Part shown: positions 48,837-56,721 of the stretch, in pieces
Numbering within the stretch: position 1 is the stretch's first letter
Layout: the number at the start of each line of letters is the position of its first letter
Program-made: the position numbers and the translations under genes
Source: Candidatus Bipolaricaulia bacterium
GTDB lineage: Bacteria > Bipolaricaulota > Bipolaricaulia > RBG-16-55-9
Assembly (NCBI GenBank): GCA_042219045.1
Contig: JBDGQO010000003.1
Span: 1-64,000 of the forward strand
Direction of reading: 5' to 3'
DNA length: 64,000 bases
Notes under the pieces: generated by a model
The model's database searches: none
What the model saw: the letters and a program-made list of their open reading frames with translations, nothing else
What the model was told of the DNA's origin: nothing

Positions 48837-49370
48837 TCAGTACGGACCACCATCGTCGGATGACGAATCCTCGTTCGGCACGACCTCGAGAAGGGCGTGC
48901 ATGCCTTGATTGAAGTGGCTACCGGAGGTGTCGTGGCCGACATGGCAGCTCAGATGGAAAGTCAAGCTTTGCCCGTCTTCGACCGTCAGGAACTCGGGAG
49001 TCATCCGGATCTCCAACGACTCCCCCGGAGCCACGGAACGAACCTTTGACTTGCCCAGCGTCCCGTCCTCCGGCGACTGATCGTTGAAAAGCGAGCTGAC
49101 GACCTGATGCGTGATCTCCGCCGTATTCTCGAAGACGAGCGTATGGGCTTGATTATTCGTGAGCTGGGCCACAACGGTAGGATTGTCCGTCGAGTTGGAC
49201 CGTCCCTCGGGGCCTTCGAAGTAGAAGCTGCCCACCTCAATCGTGATCCGCTTGCTGGTGTCCTGCGCCCGGGCTTCCACGGGAAGCAACGGACCGGACG
49301 CGAGATGTGCCGCGGTCGCGGCTACGAGGATTAGCGGCAACCCGATCGATGTCCATCGCCGAACGTTCAT
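48837..49370 (-). CDS. Exported cupredoxin (type-1 blue copper) protein
   Basis: Signal peptide; LVFENTAEITH; VAPGES; C-x9-H-x4-M (SCHVGHDTSGSHFNQGM); GGAGG SD before ATG 49370. Confidence 0.72.
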   Translation of the reverse strand: MNVRRWTSIGLPLILVAATAAHLASGPLLPVEARAQDTSKRITIEVGSFYFEGPEGRSNSTDNPTVVAQLTNNQAHTLVFENTAEITHQVVSSLFNDQSPEDGTLGKSKVRSVAPGESLEIRMTPEFLTVEDGQSLTFHLSCHVGHDTSGSHFNQGMHALLEVVPNEDSSSDDGGPY

Positions 49371-49435
49371 CTGAACCAACCTCCGCAGTGTCATGTTAGA
49401 TCTGTTTAACGCTTGTCTTGATTCGAGCCGTGGCG

Positions 49436-49473
49436 GTCAAATTGCAACCAACCGCCGGTCAAATCTGGGTCAA
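49436..49473 (-). promoter_or_regulatory. Four-box 11-bp-periodic direct-repeat array upstream of the cupredoxin gene
   Basis: + strand GTCAAattgca ACCAAccgccg GTCAAatctgg GTCAA. Confidence 0.75.
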
Positions 49474-49482
49474 GGAGTGAGG

Positions 49483-50097
49483 CTATTCAATGCTTTCCAC
49501 CCATTCCAGGATCGCCCGCGCGCTGCCTTGGGTGGGCTGATCCACCTCCTCGCGGGAGCCGAGCGCGGCAATGAGCATCGCCTGCGCCTGACGAACGTGC
49601 CTAGCGGCAGCCTCCGCATCGTCTTCCACGGCCTTGAGGGCTTTCACGAGGTTGCCCGCGGCCCACTGGAGAAAGAGGTCCACGTTCTCCGCCGTCATCT
49701 TATAGTCCGTGCCCTGCGACATGTCATCGATGATGTCTCGCATCTGTTGAGCATGCTCAAGGGCGCCTGTGCTGCTGTCGGAATCGCCGTATGAATCGTC
49801 GTAGTGGTCACCGTTGGGGCCCTCCAAAATGTTGATCGCCCGACGGACGTTGGCAATGCTGCCTTCAATGTCGTCGGACAAGTTGAGTGCCTGCCAGGCC
49901 AGAAGCACGAAGTTCAGGGCTTCAGATGTCTTCGCGATGACCGCATTCGCGTGCTCTTGGAGATTTTGCAAGGTCTCATCCGACACGGATCCCCACTGTG
50001 ACATGGAGATGGTCCCCAAGCTGCTCAGCGATAGTCCAATCAACAGTCCGATGATCAATCCGCGCCGAATCCACCGGCGTCGTGACATGCGTGACAT
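49483..50097 (-). CDS. Hypothetical exported alpha-helical protein
   Basis: Basic N-terminus (SRRRWIRR) plus a hydrophobic stretch; Ala/Leu-rich amphipathic helices; GGAGGG SD before ATG 50097. Confidence 0.7.
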   Translation of the reverse strand: MSRMSRRRWIRRGLIIGLLIGLSLSSLGTISMSQWGSVSDETLQNLQEHANAVIAKTSEALNFVLLAWQALNLSDDIEGSIANVRRAINILEGPNGDHYDDSYGDSDSSTGALEHAQQMRDIIDDMSQGTDYKMTAENVDLFLQWAAGNLVKALKAVEDDAEAAARHVRQAQAMLIAALGSREEVDQPTQGSARAILEWVESIE

Positions 50098-50137
50098 GGC
50101 AATCCACCCTCCTTCAGCAGGTAGCGATTCTCTGAGG

Positions 50138-51139
50138 TCATGCGGCATCTCCTTCGCCATCGGTCGAGGGCGCTCCCTCCGTGGAGAGCTTGTAGCCGAA
50201 CCCGCGCACGGTCACAATCAGTTCGGGATAGCTTGCGTCCCGCTCCAGCTTCTGGCGGAGGAGATAGACGTATTGCTTGACGTCCTTCGAGGTCGGAGCC
50301 GCCGCGTTCCCCGATGCCCAGACTTCCTCGAGGATCTCGCGGTTGGAGAAGACGCGGCCGGGTTCCGAGGCCAAGAGACGAACGAGGTCGTACTCCGTGG
50401 GCGTCAGCTCCACGGCTCGGTCGTCAACATAGACCTCCTTGCCCCGCGGATCGATCTGGAGAGCGCCGAGGCGGATCCAGTCGTCGTGATTGGTCTCCAT
50501 GGATTCCGTCGCTTGCGCAGGCTTCTCTGGACGGCCAGAATCGGACACAGGGGACGCTTCGGTCCCGCGCGGGCGAGTCCGGATCAGATAGAGCCCAGCA
50601 GCCAGACTGACCGTCAGAACGATCGCAAAGCCGACGCCAATGGTCAACAGCGCTTCGGACTGGAGCGCGCTCCGCACTCGCTCCAGGGAGAAGCCGATGC
50701 GCACGTAGCTCGGTTCCCTCAACCCGCTCGAGCCGTTCTGTCCATCAAGCGGCCGAATCAATTCGAGGTAGGCCCGTCCGCTCTCGAGCCTGCGTTGGCG
50801 ACGTTGGCGTTGCCCCAGGTTGTCGATGATCGCCAGATCGGCGTTGAGAGCCGCCTCCGTGCGATCTTCCGCAATGGCGATGCCGTTCCGAACGACTTGA
50901 GCAAACAGGACGTCGCCGCGCACGAACGCCTGGGTCAACGTCTGCACGTGGGCCGCGTCCGAGGCTTGATCCACCGACTCGGTGAAGATTTGCGCGGATA
51001 GTGACGCTCGCGACTCGAATTGGGCGCGAAAGCTTTCATGGAATCGGGATAGGTGAAGCGCTCCCAACGTCGCGGTCAGCACGAGCGCAAGCCCCGCGAA
51101 CAGCGTCGCCCAGACGGCGGACCGCCGCCATCGCGTCAT
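50138..51139 (-). CDS. Membrane-anchored one-component regulator: TM-extracytoplasmic sensor-TM-OmpR/PhoB winged helix
   Basis: C-terminal LQIDPRGKEVYVDDRAVELTPTEYDLVRLLASEPGRVFSNREILEEVW...YVYLLRQKLE....P.LIVTVRGFGYKL; two TMs; no receiver domain. Confidence 0.85.
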   Translation of the reverse strand: MTRWRRSAVWATLFAGLALVLTATLGALHLSRFHESFRAQFESRASLSAQIFTESVDQASDAAHVQTLTQAFVRGDVLFAQVVRNGIAIAEDRTEAALNADLAIIDNLGQRQRRQRRLESGRAYLELIRPLDGQNGSSGLREPSYVRIGFSLERVRSALQSEALLTIGVGFAIVLTVSLAAGLYLIRTRPRGTEASPVSDSGRPEKPAQATESMETNHDDWIRLGALQIDPRGKEVYVDDRAVELTPTEYDLVRLLASEPGRVFSNREILEEVWASGNAAAPTSKDVKQYVYLLRQKLERDASYPELIVTVRGFGYKLSTEGAPSTDGEGDAA

Positions 51140-51176
51140 GGCCGTTTTCCCCCTCTTTGCCTGCGAAACGTCAAAT

Positions 51177-51205
51177 ATGCTACCGGCTCTCGGAGGCCCG
51201 GACAA
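51177..51205 (-). promoter_or_regulatory. Sigma70-type promoter of the regulator gene
   Basis: Minus strand TTGTCC-17 nt-TAGCAT; a single GTCAAA box (51170-51175) lies just downstream of the -10. Confidence 0.6.
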
Positions 51206-51238
51206 TGGAAGGCTTTTGGAGCGCATTTCGGGGGAAGC

Positions 51239-51277
51239 GGGACGCGGTCGACGCGGCTAGGCGGTCGACCGCGTCCC
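51239..51277 (-). terminator. Perfect 14-bp hairpin downstream of the CHRD gene
   Basis: GGGACGCGGTCGAC-11 nt-GTCGACCGCGTCCC; no clear U-tract. Confidence 0.55.
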
Positions 51278-51301
51278 GGGGTCTAAGGGGTGGTCACCTC
51301 G

Positions 51302-51808
51302 CTACTGAGGCGTGATTTGGCCGCGAATCTCGCCGGGTTCGTTCAGCGGCGTGTGAATGTTGAAGTAGAGCTTGCCCGTCATTAGCGGTTGAACCATGTC
51401 CTCTGGGACGTCCCACGTCCCCTGGAGAAAGCCACTGGCGCCCGGGCACTCGCCGACGATGGCCGGCTCCGGACCGCCGCAAATGGTCTGCACGACGGGC
51501 CCAGCGGTGCCGGGCGCGCCGTTGTGGAAGTGCGCCGCCACGGCCGCATCGCTCAAGCCTCGGTAGGAAAAGGCGAACTGGAGCGTCCCCTCGTCGGGGT
51601 TGTACAAGAGCGTCCCCGAGCCGACCGCCGTCGCGGGCGTCTCCGCGGCGGGCGTGGGGACCTCTTGGGTGGCTGTGATCGTCGTGGAGAAGACGACGGT
51701 GCTGCTTGGCGTCTCGCTGCCCATCTGTCCGATGGTGCTCACGGACGCCATCAGCAGCACGCCGAGGCTCAACACCCCGATCGTCCTTAGCGAGCGTGTC
51801 ACGTCCAT
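51302..51808 (-). CDS. Exported CHRD domain protein
   Basis: Signal peptide; QEVP....A.G.G, AAHFH.GAPG.AGPVV, G.LYFNIHT...P.GEIRGQI. Confidence 0.9.
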   Translation of the reverse strand: MDVTRSLRTIGVLSLGVLLMASVSTIGQMGSETPSSTVVFSTTITATQEVPTPAAETPATAVGSGTLLYNPDEGTLQFAFSYRGLSDAAVAAHFHNGAPGTAGPVVQTICGGPEPAIVGECPGASGFLQGTWDVPEDMVQPLMTGKLYFNIHTPLNEPGEIRGQITPQ

Positions 51809-51864
51809 GCGACGACCCCCTCTCTCGGATGGGTTTAGGTTACGCACAACCTAAGGCAACCGGG

Positions 51865-51902
51865 GTCAAGAGGGAACCAATAGGCGGTCAAATCGTCGTC
51901 AA
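51865..51902 (-). promoter_or_regulatory. Four-box 11-bp-periodic direct-repeat array upstream of the CHRD gene
   Basis: + strand GTCAAgaggga ACCAAtaggcg GTCAAatcgtc GTCAA; TAGGTT (-10-like) 11 nt downstream on the minus strand. Confidence 0.78.
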
Positions 51903-51933
51903 TGGCTGGGCATGGACGATATGGGGGTATCGA

Positions 51934-53550
51934 TCACGCCGACGTGGCGTTGACGCGTACGCGGTCGTAGCCCGTCGAGCCGTCGGGATAGGAGGCGCTG
52001 CTATCGGCGGTCTGCGTTCGGCCCTCGCCGTCAATGACGCGCGCTCGCAACGTGTAAGCGCCGGTCTGGGACGGCTTCCAGACCACGGCCCATCGTCGCC
52101 AACTGTAGGGGGCATCGTCCCGGGCTTCGACTTGGGCCTCGCGCCAGGTCTTGCCGTTGTCCGTGCTGACCTCAACGGCCGAGACACCGTGGACGCCGGC
52201 GAATGCGACGCCGGCGATATACTGCGGCTCGCCGGCTTGGACTCGGGCATCGAGGTCGGGCGTTTCGATCTTGGCAAAGGGGTGGATGTCGCACTCGTCG
52301 CTCCAGCCACGGTTTTGCCAGTAGCCTTGGTAGTCCTTCTCGGTTGCAACGATCCGGTCGAGGTGTTTGACGTTCTTGACCCCGTAATAGCCGGGAATGA
52401 CCACGCGCAGCGGATAGCCGTGCTTCGGCGTCAATTCGCTGCCGTTCATCGCCCACGCGAGCATGATCTCTTCGTTGTTCATGATCAGGTCAACTGGCAA
52501 GCTGTCGGAATAGCCGTCGGCGGCGTGTAGCTCGAGGTCCTTGGCGCCGTCCTGAACGCCGGCCTGCTCCAAAAGCGTCTTGAACGAAACACCGGTCCAG
52601 CGCGCGTTGCTCATGAGGTCACGCGTGGCCGGCTTGGTGGCCTTGTAGTCGATGCAGACCAGCGTGACGTGTTGGTCAAATTGGGGCAACTGCTTGATGT
52701 CGTCCAACGACAGCTCCAAGGGCGAATCGACGAGCCCTTCGACCTTGAGCGGCTCCCACGTCTCCACGCCCGTGCGATACACCTGGATGTTCTTGGAGAC
52801 GTAGTAGAAGTCCTCCTGCGGCGTCAGCCACGCCGACAGATCGGGGACCGCATCAAAGTCGATATCGCCGGATGTTGCCACTTCAGCTGCCTCAGTCGCC
52901 CCGCCCGAGGACGCTGTCGACGGATCGCTCCCCGCCGAGGACGGCCGAAGGTTGGCCCGAACCCAGGGCCATATCGCGGCGGCTCCGGCCAGCGTGCCCA
53001 CACGCGCCAGCATTCGGCGCCGCGTCAACGCAGTCTGAGCGTGTGCTGAACCCTCTGTGGTGTCACTCCTCGCTTTCGCGCTTGCGCGGGTTGAGCCCGT
53101 GCTCAACCACCGTCGAATGCTTGGGGTCAGCAAGCCAAAGAGCAGTGCCGTCGTCAGACCACCGGCCAGGACGTTCGTGACGTCCATGAGTTGGACGGCT
53201 GACACGCTGAGGACAAACCCGGCGCTCGTAAGCGCCAGAGTCACCGCCACGATGCCGCCGAGCGCCCAACTTCCGGCGCGACGGAGCGCGACGCCGATCA
53301 GACCGCCTGCAATGATCTGCGCAAGGATCGCCGCATAAAAACCGAGAACTTTAGCGTCGAATCCGAGCGTCCCGATCAGCTTTGCTTGTACGGGGCCGGG
53401 CACGATGGCGAAGACCCATTGGGCAAAGAGATCGGGCCAGAAGAACCAACCGGCCGTGTGGTAGGCCGTGTATCCGACGACGGTCGCAATCAGGGCCGCA
53501 AGGGCTCCGCTCCAGATTCCGGCGCTTCGGTGGGCACTGTCGTCTTCCAT
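51934..53550 (-). CDS. Sulfite-oxidase-family molybdopterin oxidoreductase with an N-terminal polytopic membrane domain and an internal Tat motif
   Basis: Several TMs, then TRRRML plus a hydrophobic stretch; TPQEDFYYVSK, Mo-ligand TLVCI, NARWTGV, ADGY, MNG..L...HGYPLR..IPG.YG.KNVK, VEVS.D.G.TW. Confidence 0.9.
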   Translation of the reverse strand: MEDDSAHRSAGIWSGALAALIATVVGYTAYHTAGWFFWPDLFAQWVFAIVPGPVQAKLIGTLGFDAKVLGFYAAILAQIIAGGLIGVALRRAGSWALGGIVAVTLALTSAGFVLSVSAVQLMDVTNVLAGGLTTALLFGLLTPSIRRWLSTGSTRASAKARSDTTEGSAHAQTALTRRRMLARVGTLAGAAAIWPWVRANLRPSSAGSDPSTASSGGATEAAEVATSGDIDFDAVPDLSAWLTPQEDFYYVSKNIQVYRTGVETWEPLKVEGLVDSPLELSLDDIKQLPQFDQHVTLVCIDYKATKPATRDLMSNARWTGVSFKTLLEQAGVQDGAKDLELHAADGYSDSLPVDLIMNNEEIMLAWAMNGSELTPKHGYPLRVVIPGYYGVKNVKHLDRIVATEKDYQGYWQNRGWSDECDIHPFAKIETPDLDARVQAGEPQYIAGVAFAGVHGVSAVEVSTDNGKTWREAQVEARDDAPYSWRRWAVVWKPSQTGAYTLRARVIDGEGRTQTADSSASYPDGSTGYDRVRVNATSA

Positions 53551-53574
53551 GGGATCTAGGATAACGACTCGTGC

Positions 53575-53612
53575 GTCAAAAGCGAACCGTCGCTCGGTCA
53601 AAAGCGCGTCAA
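53575..53612 (-). promoter_or_regulatory. Four-box 11-bp-periodic direct-repeat array upstream of the molybdoenzyme gene
   Basis: + strand GTCAAaagcga ACCGTcgctcg GTCAAaagcgc GTCAA; TATCCT (-10-like, 53558-53563) 11 nt downstream on the minus strand. Confidence 0.78.
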
Positions 53613-53687
53613 AATCCCCATCCATTACGGGACGTCACAGATGAGACGCTCGCTTGACACCTCGCGACATCGTGGAAAAGTTGACGA

Positions 53688-54458
53688 TTAGATCTCGTAG
53701 TTGCTGAGGATCTTCTTTTCCTCGCCGCGGATGTCGACGCGGATCTCGAAGTGGTCCTTGATGCCTGAGGATTGGAGTTTGCGTTTGAGCAGGTTGTCGA
53801 TCTGGAAAATGCCGGCAGAGTTGGACATGCGGATTTCGATGCAGACGGGATTGCTCTCGCCTTCGTGGACGCTTACCTTTTCGATCGCCTTCGCACTGAC
53901 GGCATGGATCGTTGGCGATCCCTGTCGAAAGGGGATTCGAGCGCGACCTTCTTCCATGTCGAGCGCATCGGCGACCTTCAATACGCCCGCTTCGACCGTC
54001 AACGGGTCGATGTCGGTGCGATGGGCATAGATCGCGTGCAGGGTTTCAGACATAATGATGGCCTTTTCGCGGCCCTCATAGATTCCATCGACGAGCTCTC
54101 GGACGAGCGGCGGCGCCAGGCTGACGGAGAAGTCCTCGTGGTTCTGGCGATGCACGACGTGACCAATGTCGTGCAGACAGGAGGCCAAGACGACCACGCA
54201 TTCGGCGTCTTCTGCGGTCAGCCCGTGATCCGCCACGATGCTCGGCGTCAACCCCTGATTCACCAGGATCCGGAACATCTTGAGCGCCATGTTGGTGACG
54301 ACCTTGATGTGGATGGGGCCGTGGTCGTTGATGCCCATGCGGTTGATGGCGATGACGTTGGAGCACTGCCAATACGTGCGCAGCGTGTCGTGCTGTTCGA
54401 CGCGCTCCACCAGCGTCTGCAGCTTCGCGTTATCTTGAGCGGGCACGTTCAACGCCAT
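53688..54458 (-). CDS. HD-domain metal-dependent phosphohydrolase
   Basis: RMGINDHGPIH, LHDIGH, HAIYAH, VADALDM..GRARIPF. Confidence 0.88.
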   Translation of the reverse strand: MALNVPAQDNAKLQTLVERVEQHDTLRTYWQCSNVIAINRMGINDHGPIHIKVVTNMALKMFRILVNQGLTPSIVADHGLTAEDAECVVVLASCLHDIGHVVHRQNHEDFSVSLAPPLVRELVDGIYEGREKAIIMSETLHAIYAHRTDIDPLTVEAGVLKVADALDMEEGRARIPFRQGSPTIHAVSAKAIEKVSVHEGESNPVCIEIRMSNSAGIFQIDNLLKRKLQSSGIKDHFEIRVDIRGEEKKILSNYEI

Positions 54459-55027
54459 GCGGGGCGATCCTCCTCGGCGGGCTCCTCGTCGTTGGCCGCG
54501 ACCTGGTCGTTCTCGTGGATTGTTCGCAGCCGTTCGATCCCCTTGATCTCGTCAATCACGTCGGCGACCGGTCCCGGCACGTCCTCGCGCCATTCGTCCC
54601 CTTCGATCATCAGGTCGCGGATCCGCGTGCCCCACAGGTGGCGACGGTCGATGTGGGGCATCTCTTTGACGGGGATATCGGCCTCTTCAAAGAGCCGGAT
54701 GACGAGCGGGTTGTTGGAGTAGACGACGTCGAAGTCGGGGGTCAGTCGTTTGATGTGGGGGACGTAGAGCGAGTTCTGCTCAATGTCCTCAATGGGCAGC
54801 ACGTAACGGAAGACGGGGTCATCGCTCAGCATCTGCGTGATCATCAGAATGCGCTCGCCGGCGGTGAACGGATCGCGGATCGTGTGGCTGTACTGGGCGG
54901 AGCCGATGGCGATGATCAGCTCGTCGACCTCGTCAGCAATGCGCCGCACGACTGCCTCGTGGCCGTTGTGATACGGCTGGAACCGTCCCAAAAAGAGCGC
55001 GCGCAGTCGGCCGTCAGGCAAGGCCAT
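54449..55027 (-). CDS. nadM: Nicotinamide-mononucleotide adenylyltransferase, archaeal NadM type
   Basis: GRFQPYHNGH, IGSAQYSHT..DPFTAGERI.MI, YSNNPLV..LF, GTRIR. Confidence 0.88.
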   Translation of the reverse strand: MALPDGRLRALFLGRFQPYHNGHEAVVRRIADEVDELIIAIGSAQYSHTIRDPFTAGERILMITQMLSDDPVFRYVLPIEDIEQNSLYVPHIKRLTPDFDVVYSNNPLVIRLFEEADIPVKEMPHIDRRHLWGTRIRDLMIEGDEWREDVPGPVADVIDEIKGIERLRTIHENDQVAANDEEPAEEDRPAWR

Positions 55028-55253
55028 TCGCCACCTTGGCATGCACGTCCGCCACGGCCGGCGGCAACTCGCCGGGCTCAATCTCGCTCACGGGTTCGCC
55101 GTCGAGCGAGACGGTGAACACGCCGCGCGTGCCGGGCACAAGCGTCAGCCCTTCGATGCGCTCGGGGAAGTCGTTCAACAGCGCCTCGGTCACCTCAAGC
55201 GCCCGCTCGAGGTACATGCACTCGACGCAATATTCGATCTGAACGTCGGCCAT
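55014..55253 (-). CDS. Rdx (SelT/SelW/SelH-like) family protein, Cys form
   Basis: VQIEYCVEC...RA, LTLVPG..GVF.V..DG. Confidence 0.85.
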   Translation of the reverse strand: MADVQIEYCVECMYLERALEVTEALLNDFPERIEGLTLVPGTRGVFTVSLDGEPVSEIEPGELPPAVADVHAKVANGLA

Positions 55254-55290
55254 GCCTGGCGTTTGGCTCCCTTCACTCCAAGAGAAAACT

Positions 55291-55319
55291 ATTGTACCGG
55301 ACAGATCTACAACATCCAA
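55291..55319 (-). promoter_or_regulatory. Putative promoter of the Rdx-nadM-HD operon
   Basis: Minus strand TTGGAT-17 nt-TACAAT. Confidence 0.6.
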
Positions 55320-55325
55320 GGAGGA

Positions 55326-56618
55326 TTACGGGGTTTGCGCCTTGAGCTGATCGATGGCGTCCTCAAGTGGGAGTAGTGTCTCCTCGCCAGCGTTCATGTC
55401 ACGCAGCGTCACCTTGTTCTGTTCAAGCTCCTTGGGACCGACGATGACCACGTAGGGAATCCCGTACGCATTGGCAAACTTCAGGTTCTCACTCACGCCC
55501 CGTCCCATGAGATCGACGTCGGCGTTCAATCCTGCTTGTCGGAGCCGTTGCGCGATCTCCAGCCCCTCTCGCTCGAGCGCGATCGGAACGACATAGACGT
55601 TGACGACGGTCTCGCGCTGCGAGGCTGACGCATCCCGTCGGTCTTTGATCAGTTCTGTGATTGGCTCCAGGCCGAACGAGATCCCCGAGGCCGGGTAGAG
55701 CTCGTCGCTTTCCAGGAAATCGCCGATCATCTTGTCCCAGCGGCCACCGGCAGCCACGGCGCCGTCAAAAGCGGGATCGTGGCTAAAGGCCTCAAAGATC
55801 GTGCCCGTGTAATACCCCAAGCCGCGCGCGAGCGACGGCGACAGTCGGACTCGGCCGTCGTCGGGCAGGAAGCTGAGGACGTCCGAGATTTCCCGGTGAG
55901 CCTCGCTGTCGGGAATCGTCGCCTCAAGCGTCTCCAAGATCTCGACGTTTGTGCCGCTTGCGTCCATGGCATCGAGCCAGCGATCGGCCTGCTCGGCGGA
56001 CAGTCCCTTGTCGGTCAGGTCCTTTTGGACGCCATCCCGCCCGACTTTTTCCAGTTTGTCGATGGACAGAATGCCTGTGTCGGTCAGCTCCTCCGGCACA
56101 TCGACCGCGCGTGCCAAATCTTTCAAGAGTTCGCGATGGTTGACCCGGACCTCGACCTCGAACCCGAGCGCATCGAACACGTCGAGCGCGATCCAGATGA
56201 GCTCGGCGTCGGCCATGGCCGAGTGGACGCCGACCGTGTCGACGTCGCATTGGTAGAATTCCCGATAGCGACCCTGTTTGATCGGGCCGTCGCGATAGAC
56301 GGGCCCGACATGGTAGCGCTTGAATGGCCGCTTGATGTCCGGATTCATGCCGATGAACCGAGCCAGTGGGGTCGTCAGGTCGTAGCGCAGTCCCAGCTCG
56401 CGTCCGCCTTGGTCGCTCAGCTTGTACGTCTCCTTCAAGATCTCCTCGCCGCCAGCGTACTTCGCAGCCAGGACTTCCCAGCGCTCCAGGAGAGGCGTCT
56501 CCAGCGGATTGAAGCCGTAACGCTCGAAGATTGCAACCATCGTCTGCATAATCTCGTCGCGCAGAATGGCCTCACTGGGTGGAAAGTCGCGGGTGCCCCG
56601 CGGGAGTTGCAGTTCCAT
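55326..56618 (-). CDS. hisS: Histidine--tRNA ligase
   Basis: PRGTRDF, LRYDLT, GPVYRD...GRYREFYQCD, LARGLGYYTG, AGGRWD, C-terminal anticodon-binding domain. Confidence 0.96.
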   Translation of the reverse strand: MELQLPRGTRDFPPSEAILRDEIMQTMVAIFERYGFNPLETPLLERWEVLAAKYAGGEEILKETYKLSDQGGRELGLRYDLTTPLARFIGMNPDIKRPFKRYHVGPVYRDGPIKQGRYREFYQCDVDTVGVHSAMADAELIWIALDVFDALGFEVEVRVNHRELLKDLARAVDVPEELTDTGILSIDKLEKVGRDGVQKDLTDKGLSAEQADRWLDAMDASGTNVEILETLEATIPDSEAHREISDVLSFLPDDGRVRLSPSLARGLGYYTGTIFEAFSHDPAFDGAVAAGGRWDKMIGDFLESDELYPASGISFGLEPITELIKDRRDASASQRETVVNVYVVPIALEREGLEIAQRLRQAGLNADVDLMGRGVSENLKFANAYGIPYVVIVGPKELEQNKVTLRDMNAGEETLLPLEDAIDQLKAQTP

Positions 56619-56626
56619 AGTAAGCT

Positions 56627-56689
56627 AGGATAGACGGCGTTTGTCGGCAATGCAACCGTCTTGACAGGGGATGGCAACGGTTCTAGCAT
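56627..56689. promoter_or_regulatory. Back-to-back sigma70-type promoters for hisS (-) and the NHL gene (+)
   Basis: Minus TTGCAT-17-TATCCT (56655-56627); plus TTGACA-17-TAGCAT (56661-56689). Confidence 0.7.
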
Positions 56690-56721
56690 GCGTCGCGAAA
56701 CCGCTCAACTTGGAGGGCATC

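Noticed and set aside
49436..53612. GTCAA arrays as CRISPR repeats or replication iterons
   Set aside because: Boxes are 5 bp with 6-bp spacers, confined to promoter regions; no cas or rep genes
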